Part shown: positions 49,898-60,163 of the stretch, one piece after another | Numbering within the stretch: the first letter of the stretch is position 1 | How the letters are laid out: each line of letters begins with the position of its first letter | From: Cyanobacteria bacterium P01_G01_bin.67 | GTDB lineage: Bacteria; Cyanobacteriota; Cyanobacteriia; Cyanobacteriales; Xenococcaceae | Reading direction: 5' to 3' | DNA: 64,000 bases | Assembly (NCBI GenBank): GCA_039179675.1 | Contig: JBCDEP010000007.1 | Span: forward strand, 1,979-65,978 | Notes under the pieces: generated by a model | What the model was told of the DNA's origin: nothing | Database searches by the model: none | The model's input: only the letters and a program-made list of their open reading frames with translations | Position numbers and translations under genes: made by a program

Positions 49898-50944
49898 CTA
49901 AACGCTGACTACAGAATCAGCATTCATTAGTAAATTCTTTTCCAATAATAATTCTGCGATCTGGATCGCATTTAGCGCTGCACCTTTGCGAATTTGGTCA
50001 CCACAAAGCCATAATTCTAAACCGCAATCGTGAGAGATGTCCTGGCGAATCCTACCTACCAAGACAGGATCTTGACCAGTTGCATCAATAGGCATGGGAA
50101 AATAGTTACTCTGCCAATCTTCTACCAGTTTAACCCCTGGTGCAGCAGCAATTAATTCCCGAGCTTGTTGGACATCAAATGGTTGTTCAAATTCCAGATT
50201 GATTGTTTCAGAGTGGGCTCTTAAAATCGGAACTCGAACGCAGGTTGCGCTTACTTTTATTTCTGGCGCATTAAAGATCTTGCGGGTTTCATTAACCATT
50301 TTCATTTCCTCTTCGCAATATCCCTGCTCGTTGAGGGGGGAGTTATGAGGAAACAAGTTGAAAGCAATCGGATAGGGTAATATTTCAGCTTGAGGCTGTT
50401 TACCGTTTAGGATGTCTTGCGCTTGGGTTTTAGCTTCTGCCATCGCCCTGGCACCTGCACCTGATGCCGACTGATAAGTAGCAACCACAACCCTTTTGAT
50501 GGGCTGTACCTGATGTAGAGGATAAATTGCTACACCCATCAAAATAGTAGTACAGTTAGGGTTGGCAATAATTCCTTGATGTTTAGCCGCCGCTTCAGGA
50601 TTAATTTCAGGCACCACCAGGGGAACATTGTCATCCAACCGAAAAGCGCTAGAGTTATCGATAACAACAGCTCCTGCTGCCACTGCTGCTCTTGCCCAAG
50701 TCTTGGAGGTAGAGCCTCCAGCAGATGCCAAGACAATATCTACATCTTCAAAAGAATTCTCATTGACGGCTGCTACGGTTATTTCTCTTCCTTGAAAGGT
50801 AATCTTGCTTCCTGCGGAACGAGGAGAAGCCAGCAGCTTTAAGTTTTTGAGCGGAAACTTCCGTTCCGCCAATAATTCTAATAGTTCCTTTCCTACCGCA
50901 CCTGTAGCTCCCAAAATAGCTACATTCACAACCTTATTAGACAA
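49898..50944 (-). CDS. asd: aspartate-semialdehyde dehydrogenase
   Basis: 348 aa with a TTG start 9 nt after GGAGG. It has VAILGATGAVG, the active-site NPNCTTI, and SASGAG. Confidence 0.95.
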   Translation of the reverse strand: MSNKVVNVAILGATGAVGKELLELLAERKFPLKNLKLLASPRSAGSKITFQGREITVAAVNENSFEDVDIVLASAGGSTSKTWARAAVAAGAVVIDNSSAFRLDDNVPLVVPEINPEAAAKHQGIIANPNCTTILMGVAIYPLHQVQPIKRVVVATYQSASGAGARAMAEAKTQAQDILNGKQPQAEILPYPIAFNLFPHNSPLNEQGYCEEEMKMVNETRKIFNAPEIKVSATCVRVPILRAHSETINLEFEQPFDVQQARELIAAAPGVKLVEDWQSNYFPMPIDATGQDPVLVGRIRQDISHDCGLELWLCGDQIRKGAALNAIQIAELLLEKNLLMNADSVVSV

Positions 50945-51039
50945 TTACATTTACCTCCTCGAATTTGCTTGATGACTGATTGATCCTTTAGTTTAAGTCT
51001 TTTTCACTGTGGCGAGCTTAATTTTACTTATAAATTTTA

Positions 51040-51057
51040 CTTACAAATCTTTACAAT
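51040..51057 (+). promoter_or_regulatory. HLR1-like direct repeat (candidate RpaB box)
   Basis: CTTACAAA-TC-TTTACAAT fits the (G/T)TTACA(T/A)(T/A)-N2 direct-repeat consensus as I remember it, except for the first base. It lies about 95 bp upstream of asd in the opposite orientation. Confidence 0.3.
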
Positions 51058-51583
51058 TGGCGTGTCGCTAATTTGAATCAAGAAATAAGTGGAAATATCC
51101 TGAAGCGAAGCAAGCATCTATAATAACTAAGTTTCTCAACCTACCTTACTTGTTACTAATGAAGTTTGCAGGTTATTTATTCCTTGATTAACTTATACTT
51201 CGTTTAAACAGCTCAATGTTATCACGATGTTCCCGATCATATCTAAAGATTACCAGGATTAGAACCCAATGTGTTGATACAAAAATACTCTAGTTATTAA
51301 CTTCCCATGAACCATGAATGAGGAAAAAAATGAAGAATTGATCGCCATCATCAAAAAGAAAATGATCTAGCTAGTTCGATAGATATACTATTATGACTAT
51401 TGGCTTGTAGGGAGAAACTGTAGTTAATTGTCCCATTAACTATTACACAGTAGATACTTCAGTGATGTTTGCTAGCAATTGCTAATCAGCCCAAAGCTGC
51501 TAGTTTTAAGCTTACTTTAAGTTCATTCTCCTCTAGATTCACCATAAAATTGATTAACAAGTAATTTTGAGATATTAGCATCG

Positions 51584-52981
51584 ATGAAAGTAACCCAGGA
51601 GAGACTTCCTGAAAGTCAAGTTGGCTTAAACATAGAAATTGCCCCAGAAGCATCTCGCAGTGCCTACGAAAAGATGGTGCAGAACCTTTCTCGCTCCAGC
51701 AACATTCCTGGGTTTCGCAAAGGAAAGGTGCCACGCCGAGTTTTATTGCAAAGAATTGGTAACGAAAGAATTAAGGCTGCCGCGCTGGAAGAATTAATTC
51801 AAAAATCTTTACAAGATGCGATTGAGCAAGAATCAATTGAAGCTTTAGGACAGCCCAATCTACGCTCTAACTTCGATGAGCTTTTGGGTGCTTACAATCC
51901 TGGAGATGCGTTAACTTTCTCCATCGCTGTGGATGTTCCTCCAACCTTAGAGCTAGCTGACTATAACAGCCTCAGTGTCAAAGCCGAAGAAATAGTTTAT
52001 CAACCTGAGAAAGTTGACGAATTTATTGAACAACGTCGGGCACAAAAAGCCGATTTGGTTCCCGTTGAAGATCGTCCAGCAGAAATGGGGGATGAAGCGT
52101 TTATTGATTTTAAGGGAACTCTAACTGCGGAAGGAGAAGAGGGTCAGGAAATCGAAGGCGGTAGCGCGACCAACTTTCAAGTAGAAATAGCTGAAGGAAA
52201 GCTGATTCCAGGGATGGTCGAAGGAATTGTCGGCATGAAACCAGAAGAAACCAAAGAGGTTGAGGTTACTTTTCCTGAAGACTATCCGCAAGAAGATTTG
52301 GCAGGTAAGCCAGCCATCTTTAGCATTACTCTTAATGAACTGAAAACGAAGGAGTTGCCAGCATTAGACGATGATTTTGCTCAAGAGGTCAGTGACGATG
52401 AGTTTGAGACTTTCGATGCCTATAAAGAGTCGTTAGAAAAGCAGTTTAAAGAACAGGCAGAAGACCAAACCAAGAGCAATATAAATGCGGCGATCGCCGA
52501 TGCTCTGCTGGCAGAAAACACCGTAGAGCTACCAGAATCTTTGGTTCAGGAGGAAGTTACCAATGTTTTGACCAAAACCTTAATGCAAATGCAGCAAATG
52601 GGATTGGATGTCAGACAGTTATTTAACTCCGATAATGTTCCTATGTTGCGAGATAACGCTCGTCCTGAAGCGGTAGCTAATTTGCAAAAATCATTAATTA
52701 TTGATGAAATTGCCAAAAAAGAAGGCTTAGAACCTGATCAAGCAGCTATAGACGCCAAAATTGCTGAAATTAGACCGCAACTTACTGGACAGGAAGTTGA
52801 TGAAGAGCGTTTACTGGAGATGGTTACCAGTGATCTATTAAGCGAAAACACTTTTAACTTTTTGCGAGAGAAAGCGCAAGTGGAACTAGTTCCCGAAGGT
52901 TCACTGGCTGAATCAGAAGATGAGGCGGATGACGCTGAAGTCGAAACTGCTGAAGTCGAAGTTGTTACTGATTCTGAATAA
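51584..52981 (+). CDS. tig: trigger factor
   Basis: 465 aa beginning MKVTQERLPESQVGLNIEI. It has the GFRKGKVPRRVL ribosome-binding motif and an acidic C-terminal tail. Confidence 0.95.
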   Translation: MKVTQERLPESQVGLNIEIAPEASRSAYEKMVQNLSRSSNIPGFRKGKVPRRVLLQRIGNERIKAAALEELIQKSLQDAIEQESIEALGQPNLRSNFDELLGAYNPGDALTFSIAVDVPPTLELADYNSLSVKAEEIVYQPEKVDEFIEQRRAQKADLVPVEDRPAEMGDEAFIDFKGTLTAEGEEGQEIEGGSATNFQVEIAEGKLIPGMVEGIVGMKPEETKEVEVTFPEDYPQEDLAGKPAIFSITLNELKTKELPALDDDFAQEVSDDEFETFDAYKESLEKQFKEQAEDQTKSNINAAIADALLAENTVELPESLVQEEVTNVLTKTLMQMQQMGLDVRQLFNSDNVPMLRDNARPEAVANLQKSLIIDEIAKKEGLEPDQAAIDAKIAEIRPQLTGQEVDEERLLEMVTSDLLSENTFNFLREKAQVELVPEGSLAESEDEADDAEVETAEVEVVTDSE

Positions 52982-53353
52982 GCGATCGCGGCTTGAAATT
53001 GTCGACAACTAGACTAATTGAGTGCAGCAGCCTTGTCTTTATAAAACTAAACATGAGGCAGATTGAGGGGGTGGTTTGAGACAACGCCAACTTAAGCCAA
53101 AACATTACAGTCAGCTGATTTTCCTCTGGTCAACCTGACTTCAATTATCTTAGTCCTGAAGTTGTAAATTAGTCAGAGGTTGCTGCCAATATTCTTAAGC
53201 AACTTTTGTTAGTAAACTTTACCCTCCGATACTGATGTTGAGAGTTGAGTCATAATGAAGACAGTGCTATGAGCAATTAGTTTCTAATTGTTGCCAGCAA
53301 ATAAACGCGTATGTATATAAATTAAATAGAGATCAACTTTTTAGCAGAAATCT

Positions 53354-54034
53354 ATGCTGGAATCGTATTCGCCTTATGGCTTTCTCGTTGGCAAAAATAA
53401 GCCCCAAATCAACTCAGTGCATACTGAGGCAAACGTTGTACCCATGGTGGTAGAACAGTCGGGCGTTGGAGAAAGAGCTTTTGATATTTATTCTCGTCTG
53501 CTGCGGGAGCGGATTATTTTCTTAGGTACGCCTATCGATGATAAAGTAGCCGATTCAGTTGTAGCTCAGCTACTATATCTGGAAGCAGAAGATCCTGAAA
53601 AAGATATCCAGATTTATATCAATTCTCCTGGCGGCTCAGTATATTCAGGGATGGCAATGTACGATACCATGCAGCAAATCCAACCAGACGTGGTAACAAT
53701 TTGTTATGGTATTGCTGCTAGCATGGGAGCTTTCTTACTATCTGGCGGGGCGAAAGGTAAGCGAATGGCTTTACCCAGCTCGCGGATCATGATTCATCAA
53801 CCCCTCGGTGGTGCCCAAGGTCAAGCTACAGATATTGAAATCCAAGCTAAAGAAATCTTGTATATCAAGCAAAAATTGAATGAATTGATTGCAGGACATA
53901 CTGGTCAACCCTTTGATAAAATAGCTGCCGATACCGAAAGAGATTTCTATATGTCTTCAGAAGACGCAGTGGAATATGGCTTAATCGATAAGGTCATAAC
54001 TAAGTCGAACGCGACCAACTCACCTACTACCTAA
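53354..54034 (+). CDS. clpP: ATP-dependent Clp protease proteolytic subunit
   Basis: 226 aa. It has [27 protein letters not shown], active-site Ser in AASMGAFLL, and IMIHQPLGG. It is operonic with clpX. Confidence 0.95.
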   Translation: MLESYSPYGFLVGKNKPQINSVHTEANVVPMVVEQSGVGERAFDIYSRLLRERIIFLGTPIDDKVADSVVAQLLYLEAEDPEKDIQIYINSPGGSVYSGMAMYDTMQQIQPDVVTICYGIAASMGAFLLSGGAKGKRMALPSSRIMIHQPLGGAQGQATDIEIQAKEILYIKQKLNELIAGHTGQPFDKIAADTERDFYMSSEDAVEYGLIDKVITKSNATNSPTT

Positions 54035-54060
54035 ATTTGCTCTATTAGTACGAGGTCTAT

Positions 54061-55404
54061 ATGTCTAAATACGACTCCCATCTGAAATGTTCGTTTTGCG
54101 GTAAATCTCAAGAGCAGGTCAGGAAACTTATTGCTGGTCCTGGGGTTTACATTTGTGATGAATGTGTTGAACTGTGTAACGAAATTCTAGATGAGGAGTT
54201 GATCGAGGACGGTGCAGTAGTGTCTTCGGCTGCTGTATCGGGGAATTCTGAAGCCAAGCCACCCAAGAAAAGAAGTAAAAAAGCGGGTGGCATTTCTTTT
54301 GGCGACATTCCCAAACCTATAGAAATTAAGAAGTGTCTTGATGAGCATGTAATTGGTCAAGAAGAAGCCAAAAAAGTACTTTCAGTTGGGGTCTACAACC
54401 ACTATAAACGGCTCAGTATTACCAACAAAAGTAAGGATGCTGAAGACCCTGTTGAGCTACAGAAGTCGAACGTACTTTTGATTGGTCCTACGGGATGTGG
54501 GAAGACTTTGCTGGCTCAAACATTAGCTAAAGTACTACAGGTACCCTTCGCTGTTGCTGATGCCACGACTCTGACGGAAGCGGGATATGTCGGAGAAGAT
54601 GTCGAAAATATTTTATTGCGGCTACTGCAAGTTGCTGATTTGGATGTCGAAGAAGCTCAGCGTGGCATTATTTATATCGATGAAATTGATAAAATCGCTC
54701 GCAAAAGTGAAAATGCCTCGATTACCCGTGATGTTTCGGGAGAAGGAGTACAGCAAGCTTTACTAAAAATGTTAGAGGGGACGGTAGCGAATGTGCCTCC
54801 TCAAGGAGGACGCAAGCATCCTTATCAAGACTGTATTCAAATTGATACCAAAAATATTTTGTTTATTTGCGGTGGGGCGTTTGTCGGCTTAGACAAGGTA
54901 GTGGAAAGAAGGATGGGCAAAAAATCCATCGGCTTTATCCAAAAAGGAGAAAAAACAGCAGCCAAGGAAAAGCGCACCGCTGATATCTTGCAAAAGTTGG
55001 AGTTAGATGACCTGGTCAAATTTGGCATGATTCCTGAGTTTGTGGGACGCATCCCCGTAACTGCGGCACTAGAATCACTGGATGAGGCTGCTTTAGTCCA
55101 AATCTTAACTCAACCCCGTAATGCCATTGTTAAGCAATATCAAAAGCTTTTGAGAATGGATAACATTGAGCTTGAGTTTACTGAAGGGGCGATTAAAGCC
55201 TTGGCGAAAGAAGCTTATCGTCGTAAAACTGGGGCTAGAGCTTTGCGCGGTATTGTCGAAGAATTGATGTTAGACGTTATGTATGAGATTCCCTCCCGTG
55301 AAGATGTCCATCAATGCACGATTACTGAAGAGATGGTTGAGAAACGTTCTACTGCGGAATTAATTGTTCATCCTGCTTCTTATCGCAAACCAGAATCTGC
55401 CTAA
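54061..55404 (+). CDS. clpX: ATP-dependent Clp protease ATP-binding subunit ClpX
   Basis: 447 aa with the zinc-finger [26 protein letters not shown]. Walker A is GPTGCGKT, and the IGF loop is SIGF. Confidence 0.95.
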   Translation: MSKYDSHLKCSFCGKSQEQVRKLIAGPGVYICDECVELCNEILDEELIEDGAVVSSAAVSGNSEAKPPKKRSKKAGGISFGDIPKPIEIKKCLDEHVIGQEEAKKVLSVGVYNHYKRLSITNKSKDAEDPVELQKSNVLLIGPTGCGKTLLAQTLAKVLQVPFAVADATTLTEAGYVGEDVENILLRLLQVADLDVEEAQRGIIYIDEIDKIARKSENASITRDVSGEGVQQALLKMLEGTVANVPPQGGRKHPYQDCIQIDTKNILFICGGAFVGLDKVVERRMGKKSIGFIQKGEKTAAKEKRTADILQKLELDDLVKFGMIPEFVGRIPVTAALESLDEAALVQILTQPRNAIVKQYQKLLRMDNIELEFTEGAIKALAKEAYRRKTGARALRGIVEELMLDVMYEIPSREDVHQCTITEEMVEKRSTAELIVHPASYRKPESA

Positions 55405-55591
55405 TCCAAGAGGCTATTGCCTGATTAATTTCCAAGTGATCGCCTTAATGTTTCTTAATCTTATAAAGTAAGATTACTTCCCATTTGGCAGTAACAATCT
55501 CAAGTTTTCAAAATAGATTAAACTTGGTTAATCAGCGACCATCTGAAGGGAACACTAAGGACAGGAACTCACCTGAATACTTAGTGTCTTT

Positions 55592-56443
55592 ATGCCCCTA
55601 CGATTAAATAACAAAGGTTATGAAATTCTGGCTGCCGCAATTAAACAAGCTGCCGCGAAAGATCCCGTTGCAGGAGAAGTTAGCCAAAAAGTTGCGCTGA
55701 AACGAATCCAGCAATTAAATTCCACCAAAGGAACTCCAGTCACCGAGGCAGAGTTAAAGGATTTAATTAGCGATTTATTTCTTGATTTTGATTCTAAAGC
55801 CGCCAAGAAAGAAGTTCGGGTTAATCGCTCTCCTAGTACTTTTTGGTGGATGACCAAGATTGCTCTGGGATTAGGTAGTCTATCAGGTTTGAGGATGGAT
55901 CGAAACTATCGGCAGGCGATCGCCAAGGTAGAACAGGCGGATCAATTGGTTAATCGTGCCACGAGCTTAGAAGATTTAAAACTGGGGCAGGAAAAAGTTA
56001 ATCAGGCTCAACAAAATTTAGATGCTTTACCTGTGTGGTTTCTCGGTTATGAACTCCAGATGTATCGTACCTTTTTTAGTTTTGGCTGGAAATTTACCTT
56101 AGATGAGTTTGAAGCGGCTCGGGCAAAAGTAGGGCGGATGGACGCCAAAATTTTTCAAGAGATTAACGCCTTTACTAAGTTAGAGCATGCTAAGCAGGAG
56201 ATTCAGCAGGCGAAACTAAACTATCAGCAGTCTAAAGATACCACTGCTAAACAACAGGCAATATCAACCTGGCAAGCAGGACTAGATCAGTTAAATCAAC
56301 TTCCAGCTCGTACCTTAGCCAAAGAACAAGCAGCTGCCAGTTATGACGCCTATTTGAGAGATTTTCGTCAGGTATCTGGTTTAGTGGCTGGAAACGATCG
56401 CACCAACAAAATTATTGCTGTGGCGCTCAAGCTCATTCGGTAA
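55592..56443 (+). CDS. hypothetical protein (probably the 5' part of a frameshift-split gene)
   Basis: 283-aa ORF, mostly helical and coiled-coil in character. It stops at 56441-43, while a coding-like reading continues in the -1 frame. Confidence 0.5.
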   Translation: MPLRLNNKGYEILAAAIKQAAAKDPVAGEVSQKVALKRIQQLNSTKGTPVTEAELKDLISDLFLDFDSKAAKKEVRVNRSPSTFWWMTKIALGLGSLSGLRMDRNYRQAIAKVEQADQLVNRATSLEDLKLGQEKVNQAQQNLDALPVWFLGYELQMYRTFFSFGWKFTLDEFEAARAKVGRMDAKIFQEINAFTKLEHAKQEIQQAKLNYQQSKDTTAKQQAISTWQAGLDQLNQLPARTLAKEQAAASYDAYLRDFRQVSGLVAGNDRTNKIIAVALKLIR

Positions 56444-56490
56444 ATCGCTGGCAAGAATGCATCAATCTTTTACGGCGAGCAGTCACTATT

Positions 56491-56802
56491 TTGGAGCGGT
56501 TGCCTTTAGAGGATGCGAGCTATCTGGAAACACAAACGTTATTGGCAAACTACGAAGCAGAATTAGGCGAGATGCGAATTCGTCAGCAGGAAGAGCAGGA
56601 ATCAGAACAGGCTTACAATTTAGCCCAACGGATGATTACTAATTTACCGAAATCTATAGCTCCCCATAATCGCGATCGCACTGCCAGAGATATTTTAACG
56701 ATTATTAATCAATTAGAAAAAGTTAAGTCTCAAACCACCGTTTATGATGATGCAGTAGCCATGATGGATTTTGCTAACCAGAAGCTTAAGCAGCTACGCT
56801 AA
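56491..56802 (+). CDS. hypothetical protein (probably the 3' part of the same split gene)
   Basis: 103-aa ORF from a TTG start. The same frame is open and protein-like from 56347 (..AQAHSVNRWQECINLLRRAVTILERLPLEDASY..). Confidence 0.4.
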   Translation: MERLPLEDASYLETQTLLANYEAELGEMRIRQQEEQESEQAYNLAQRMITNLPKSIAPHNRDRTARDILTIINQLEKVKSQTTVYDDAVAMMDFANQKLKQLR

Positions 56803-56978
56803 ATGTTTTAATGTCACTTCTTGATAAATTTGATTACTCTCGTTTTGTTATCAATTGGCTTGGAAATAGACTTAAGGCGATCGCTACTTAATATTGATTG
56901 ATTATGTCGATCTAGTTGTGTATTAAAATGTCTTTTCTGGGAAACCTGTAATTATCAGGTCGAAATTGCGATTCATTG

Positions 56979-58424
56979 ATGCAGGGCAGTATTTTAAACG
57001 AAATTTATCAACTTCAATCCCAGCTAAGTCAACGAGGCGGTCGAGAAACTCTGCTGGCAAAAAATTTTGACACAAATGAGTTAGTCGTAATTAAATTACT
57101 GAAGTTTGGTCTAGATGCTCCCTGGTCAGAGTTTAAGCTGTTTGAACGAGAAGCTAAAACTTTGCAAAATATCAACCATCCTGCAATTCCTAACTATTTA
57201 GATTACTTTGAACTAGATTTACCTCACTGTAAAGGTTTTGCCCTAGTTCAAGAATATATCGCAGCCCCATCATTAGAAGTTGCACTCAAAGCAGGCAGAA
57301 CTTTTATTGAATCAGAGATCACGGAAATCGCGATCGCCTTACTTAATATTTTGCAATATCTTCACCAGCAACAACCATCAATAATTCATCGAGATCTCAA
57401 GCCGAGTAATATTTTACTTGGCGATCGAACAGGCAATAGTGTTGGCAGAGTATATCTGATCGATTTTGGCGCAGTTAAAAACGTCGCCGCCACCGACGGC
57501 GGGACTATTACGGTAGTTGGTACCTACGGCTATATGCCTCCAGAGCAATTTGGCGGCAAAACTACCCCAGCATCAGATCTCTACAGTTTGGGTGCCACTT
57601 TGATTCATTTGGCTACAGGAAAACATCCCGCAGAATTGCCCAGTAAAGCTGGCAAAATTGTCTTTGAACCATCAGTTCAGCTTAATTATGCTTTGATTCG
57701 CTGGTTGAACCAGTTAATTGAACCAAGTTGCGATCGCCGTTTTGATTCGGCAACTAGAGCTTTACAGACTTTGCAACAACCCCAGATAACTAACCTGGAA
57801 GCAGTAATTGTTAAACAACCAGCCTTTAGTAAAATTGTGTTGCACAGGACGGTAGATGAAATAAATGTGATAATTCCTGGTGCAGGTTTTAGATGGGAAA
57901 GCCTCGGATTAATTTTCTTTGCCTTATTCTGGAATCTTTTTTTAGTGGTTTGGACTGGAGGTGCTTTATTTATTCCTCTGCCGTTTAATTTGGTGTTTCT
58001 CATCTTTTCCATTCCTTTTTGGGCTTGTGGCTTGGGCTTGATTGGCAAAATTATTTTTGACTGCAAGGGTTACACCAGATTGAGCATCAACTTTCAAGAA
58101 ATTAGCCTGACCTACGAATGTCTCAAGTTTAGATACCAAAAGCAGCAACCAACCTCCAGAAAAAACTTAACCGCAATAGAGTGTGTCCAATCTGGTTGGA
58201 ACATGGTCACAGATCGCGAAACGACCCCTGTTATCTCCGAAGTCGTACTGTGGGCAGATGGAAAGCCTTTCAAAATAACTAGTTCTGTAGGGACGGCAAG
58301 TGCATCAGCTAAGGCTACCTACAGCTACGATCCAGCTACTATAGAATTAAGGTGGTTGGCGCAGGAACTAAGTCAATGGCTAAATCTGCCTTTAACTAGA
58401 ACCGAGAGTTCAGCTACAAAATAA
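56979..58424 (+). CDS. Ser/Thr protein kinase with C-terminal membrane-spanning region
   Basis: Hanks-type motifs are present (VVIKLL, HRDLKPSNILL, DFG, GTYGYMPPEQ). Three or four hydrophobic helices follow (about residues 300-350), then a soluble tail. Confidence 0.85.
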   Translation: MQGSILNEIYQLQSQLSQRGGRETLLAKNFDTNELVVIKLLKFGLDAPWSEFKLFEREAKTLQNINHPAIPNYLDYFELDLPHCKGFALVQEYIAAPSLEVALKAGRTFIESEITEIAIALLNILQYLHQQQPSIIHRDLKPSNILLGDRTGNSVGRVYLIDFGAVKNVAATDGGTITVVGTYGYMPPEQFGGKTTPASDLYSLGATLIHLATGKHPAELPSKAGKIVFEPSVQLNYALIRWLNQLIEPSCDRRFDSATRALQTLQQPQITNLEAVIVKQPAFSKIVLHRTVDEINVIIPGAGFRWESLGLIFFALFWNLFLVVWTGGALFIPLPFNLVFLIFSIPFWACGLGLIGKIIFDCKGYTRLSINFQEISLTYECLKFRYQKQQPTSRKNLTAIECVQSGWNMVTDRETTPVISEVVLWADGKPFKITSSVGTASASAKATYSYDPATIELRWLAQELSQWLNLPLTRTESSATK

Positions 58425-58436
58425 AGTTGGGATAGA

Positions 58437-59087
58437 TTAATTCTCTTTTGTAAGTTTTAGTGTTACGGCTAACTTATCGGAAATGCCTTCGATCCACTGC
58501 TCATCTTTTTTGGTGTAGCTACGAGGCGCATTAGCACCCAAAATTAGCACCCCTTGGTTACCTATCGGCTGGCAAATAACTCCCTGAGTATTCTCTGGTA
58601 GATAATCGAACTCAATCTTCCCTGGATAAAGATTGAGATTAACTAGATAAACGGGCTTCCCTTGAGAAAGAACTCGCTGTAAAATCACTCCAGGCTTTAC
58701 TTGCGCATTATTACCCAAAACACCACGTCTTAAGATGGTTTTGCCATCATAATAAACCACTAGCGATCGCGTTACCGTATTAGTCAGCAATAAATGAGAT
58801 GCCCAGGCTAACTCAGTCTGAGCTGTTTCTGAAAGTTCTGCACTCAGTTCTAAACCTGTCTCACCAATTAGATCCACTGTGTCAGGCGTTCTGGCTTGGA
58901 TTTGCTGCCACAGTAAACCTACCAAGATTAATACTGCCCCCTCAATTATCCCCAAAGCATCCGAACGTGCCTGGGAATCGGTAATTTGGACTGTAAACAA
59001 GCGATTAATTAGCAGCAAAAAGCCGCCTAATCCTCCAGCGAGAAAAGGCAACAACCTAAGTATGTAGTTAGCATCTCTCTTATTCAT
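58437..59087 (-). CDS. membrane protein, possibly cofactor-assembly-of-complex-C subunit B (CCB2/DUF2930-like)
   Basis: 216 aa with two N-terminal TM helices and a conserved-looking C-terminal domain (VNLNLYPGKIEFDYLPENTQGVICQPIG). The family assignment is from memory and uncertain. Confidence 0.45.
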   Translation of the reverse strand: MNKRDANYILRLLPFLAGGLGGFLLLINRLFTVQITDSQARSDALGIIEGAVLILVGLLWQQIQARTPDTVDLIGETGLELSAELSETAQTELAWASHLLLTNTVTRSLVVYYDGKTILRRGVLGNNAQVKPGVILQRVLSQGKPVYLVNLNLYPGKIEFDYLPENTQGVICQPIGNQGVLILGANAPRSYTKKDEQWIEGISDKLAVTLKLTKEN

Positions 59088-59100
59088 TTTTAAAGCTTTT

Positions 59101-59128
59101 AGCTCTTAGCTTTCAGCTCTTAGCTTTC
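59101..59128. repeat. perfect tandem 14-mer (AGCTCTTAGCTTTC x2) in the rpaB-downstream spacer
   Basis: Direct reading shows 59101-59114 identical to 59115-59128, with a partial third copy (AGCTTTT) just upstream. Confidence 0.8.
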
Positions 59129-59162
59129 TCATCCTTCATACTTCATTACTCATCCCTTTAAC

Positions 59163-59891
59163 TCACTCTTCTCCCGCTTCTAAAATACGTTGAAATAAAT
59201 AGCCAGTACCTCTTGCAGTCAGAATTAATTCAGGATTGCTGGGGTCGTCTTCTAACTTGGCACGGAGACGGGAAATATGAACATCTACCACGCGAGTATC
59301 GACATGACGCTCAGGAGTATAGCCCCAAACCTCTTGTAGGATCTCAGAACGAGAAAAAGGTTCCCCAGAACGGCTTACCAACAACTCTAACAAACTAAAC
59401 TCCATTCCTGTGAGCCTAATCCGCTCATCGCCCTTGTATACCTGACGCTTATTGGTATCAATCTTAATCGAGCCGACATGAATTACTCCTGAACTGGGAA
59501 TACCAGGAGCACCATTTTTTTCTACTCGGCGCAGTACGGAACGAATTCTGGCTTCTAGTTCCTTGGGAGAAAAAGGTTTAACTACGTAATCATCAGCACC
59601 CAATTCTAAGCCTGTGATGCGATCTGCCACGTCCCCCAAAGCAGTTAGCATAATAATGGGTATATCAGATTCTTTGCGTAACTCTTGGCAAACACCATAG
59701 CCATCCAACTTGGGCATCATCACGTCTAAAACTACGAGACTAGGTTCAGTAACGCGGAATGTTTCCAATGCTTCTTCTCCATCAGCCGCCGTCACAACGT
59801 CATAGCCAATCATTGAGAGGCGAGTTTCGAGAATACGACGGATGCTAGCCTCGTCATCTACCACTAAAATTTTTTCTTTATTGGTTTCCAA
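59163..59891 (-). CDS. rpaB: OmpR-family response regulator RpaB (Ycf27)
   Basis: 242 aa with a TTG start. EKILVVDDEASIRRILETRLSMIGYDVVTAADGEEAL...DVMMPKLDGYGVCQELRKESDIPIIMLTALGDVADRITGLELGADDYVVKPFSPKELEARI is almost identical to RpaB as I recall it. Confidence 0.9.
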   Translation of the reverse strand: METNKEKILVVDDEASIRRILETRLSMIGYDVVTAADGEEALETFRVTEPSLVVLDVMMPKLDGYGVCQELRKESDIPIIMLTALGDVADRITGLELGADDYVVKPFSPKELEARIRSVLRRVEKNGAPGIPSSGVIHVGSIKIDTNKRQVYKGDERIRLTGMEFSLLELLVSRSGEPFSRSEILQEVWGYTPERHVDTRVVDVHISRLRAKLEDDPSNPELILTARGTGYLFQRILEAGEE

Positions 59892-60163
59892 ATTACTATA
59901 CGCTCCTTTTTTAAGTAAAATTACCGATATTTAAGATAGATTTCTAATGCTTCATTGCACTAGCTATTCAATTAGCATCTTCTCATAGGTCTAATGGTAT
60001 ATTCTACGGTGATTAGCCCAACAATTCGCACAATTGAGGAGTTTTTTCAGATTTAATTTATCTTTGAGGCTTTTAAAGTTTCTTAGGATTGAGATTATGT
60101 TACTTAGTCAAGTTTACTTACTCATCTTCTTATTTCTTCAATTCTCTAATTTTTCTTAAGGTA

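Noticed and set aside
50942-50960. An ATG-TAA start-stop mini-ORF directly in front of the asd TTG start (GAGGAGGtaaATGTAATTG).
   Set aside because: The ATG is only 3 nt from the SD core, which is too close for efficient initiation. The TTG, at a 9-nt spacing, is the sensible start. The start-stop is most likely incidental.
60089-60163. An N-terminal extension of radA (MRLCYLVKFTYSSSYFFNSLIFLKV).
   Set aside because: It is a low-complexity translation of AT-rich promoter DNA. RadA proteins begin at the zinc-finger segment (MAKAKQIYVCNNC), which is the ATG at 60164.
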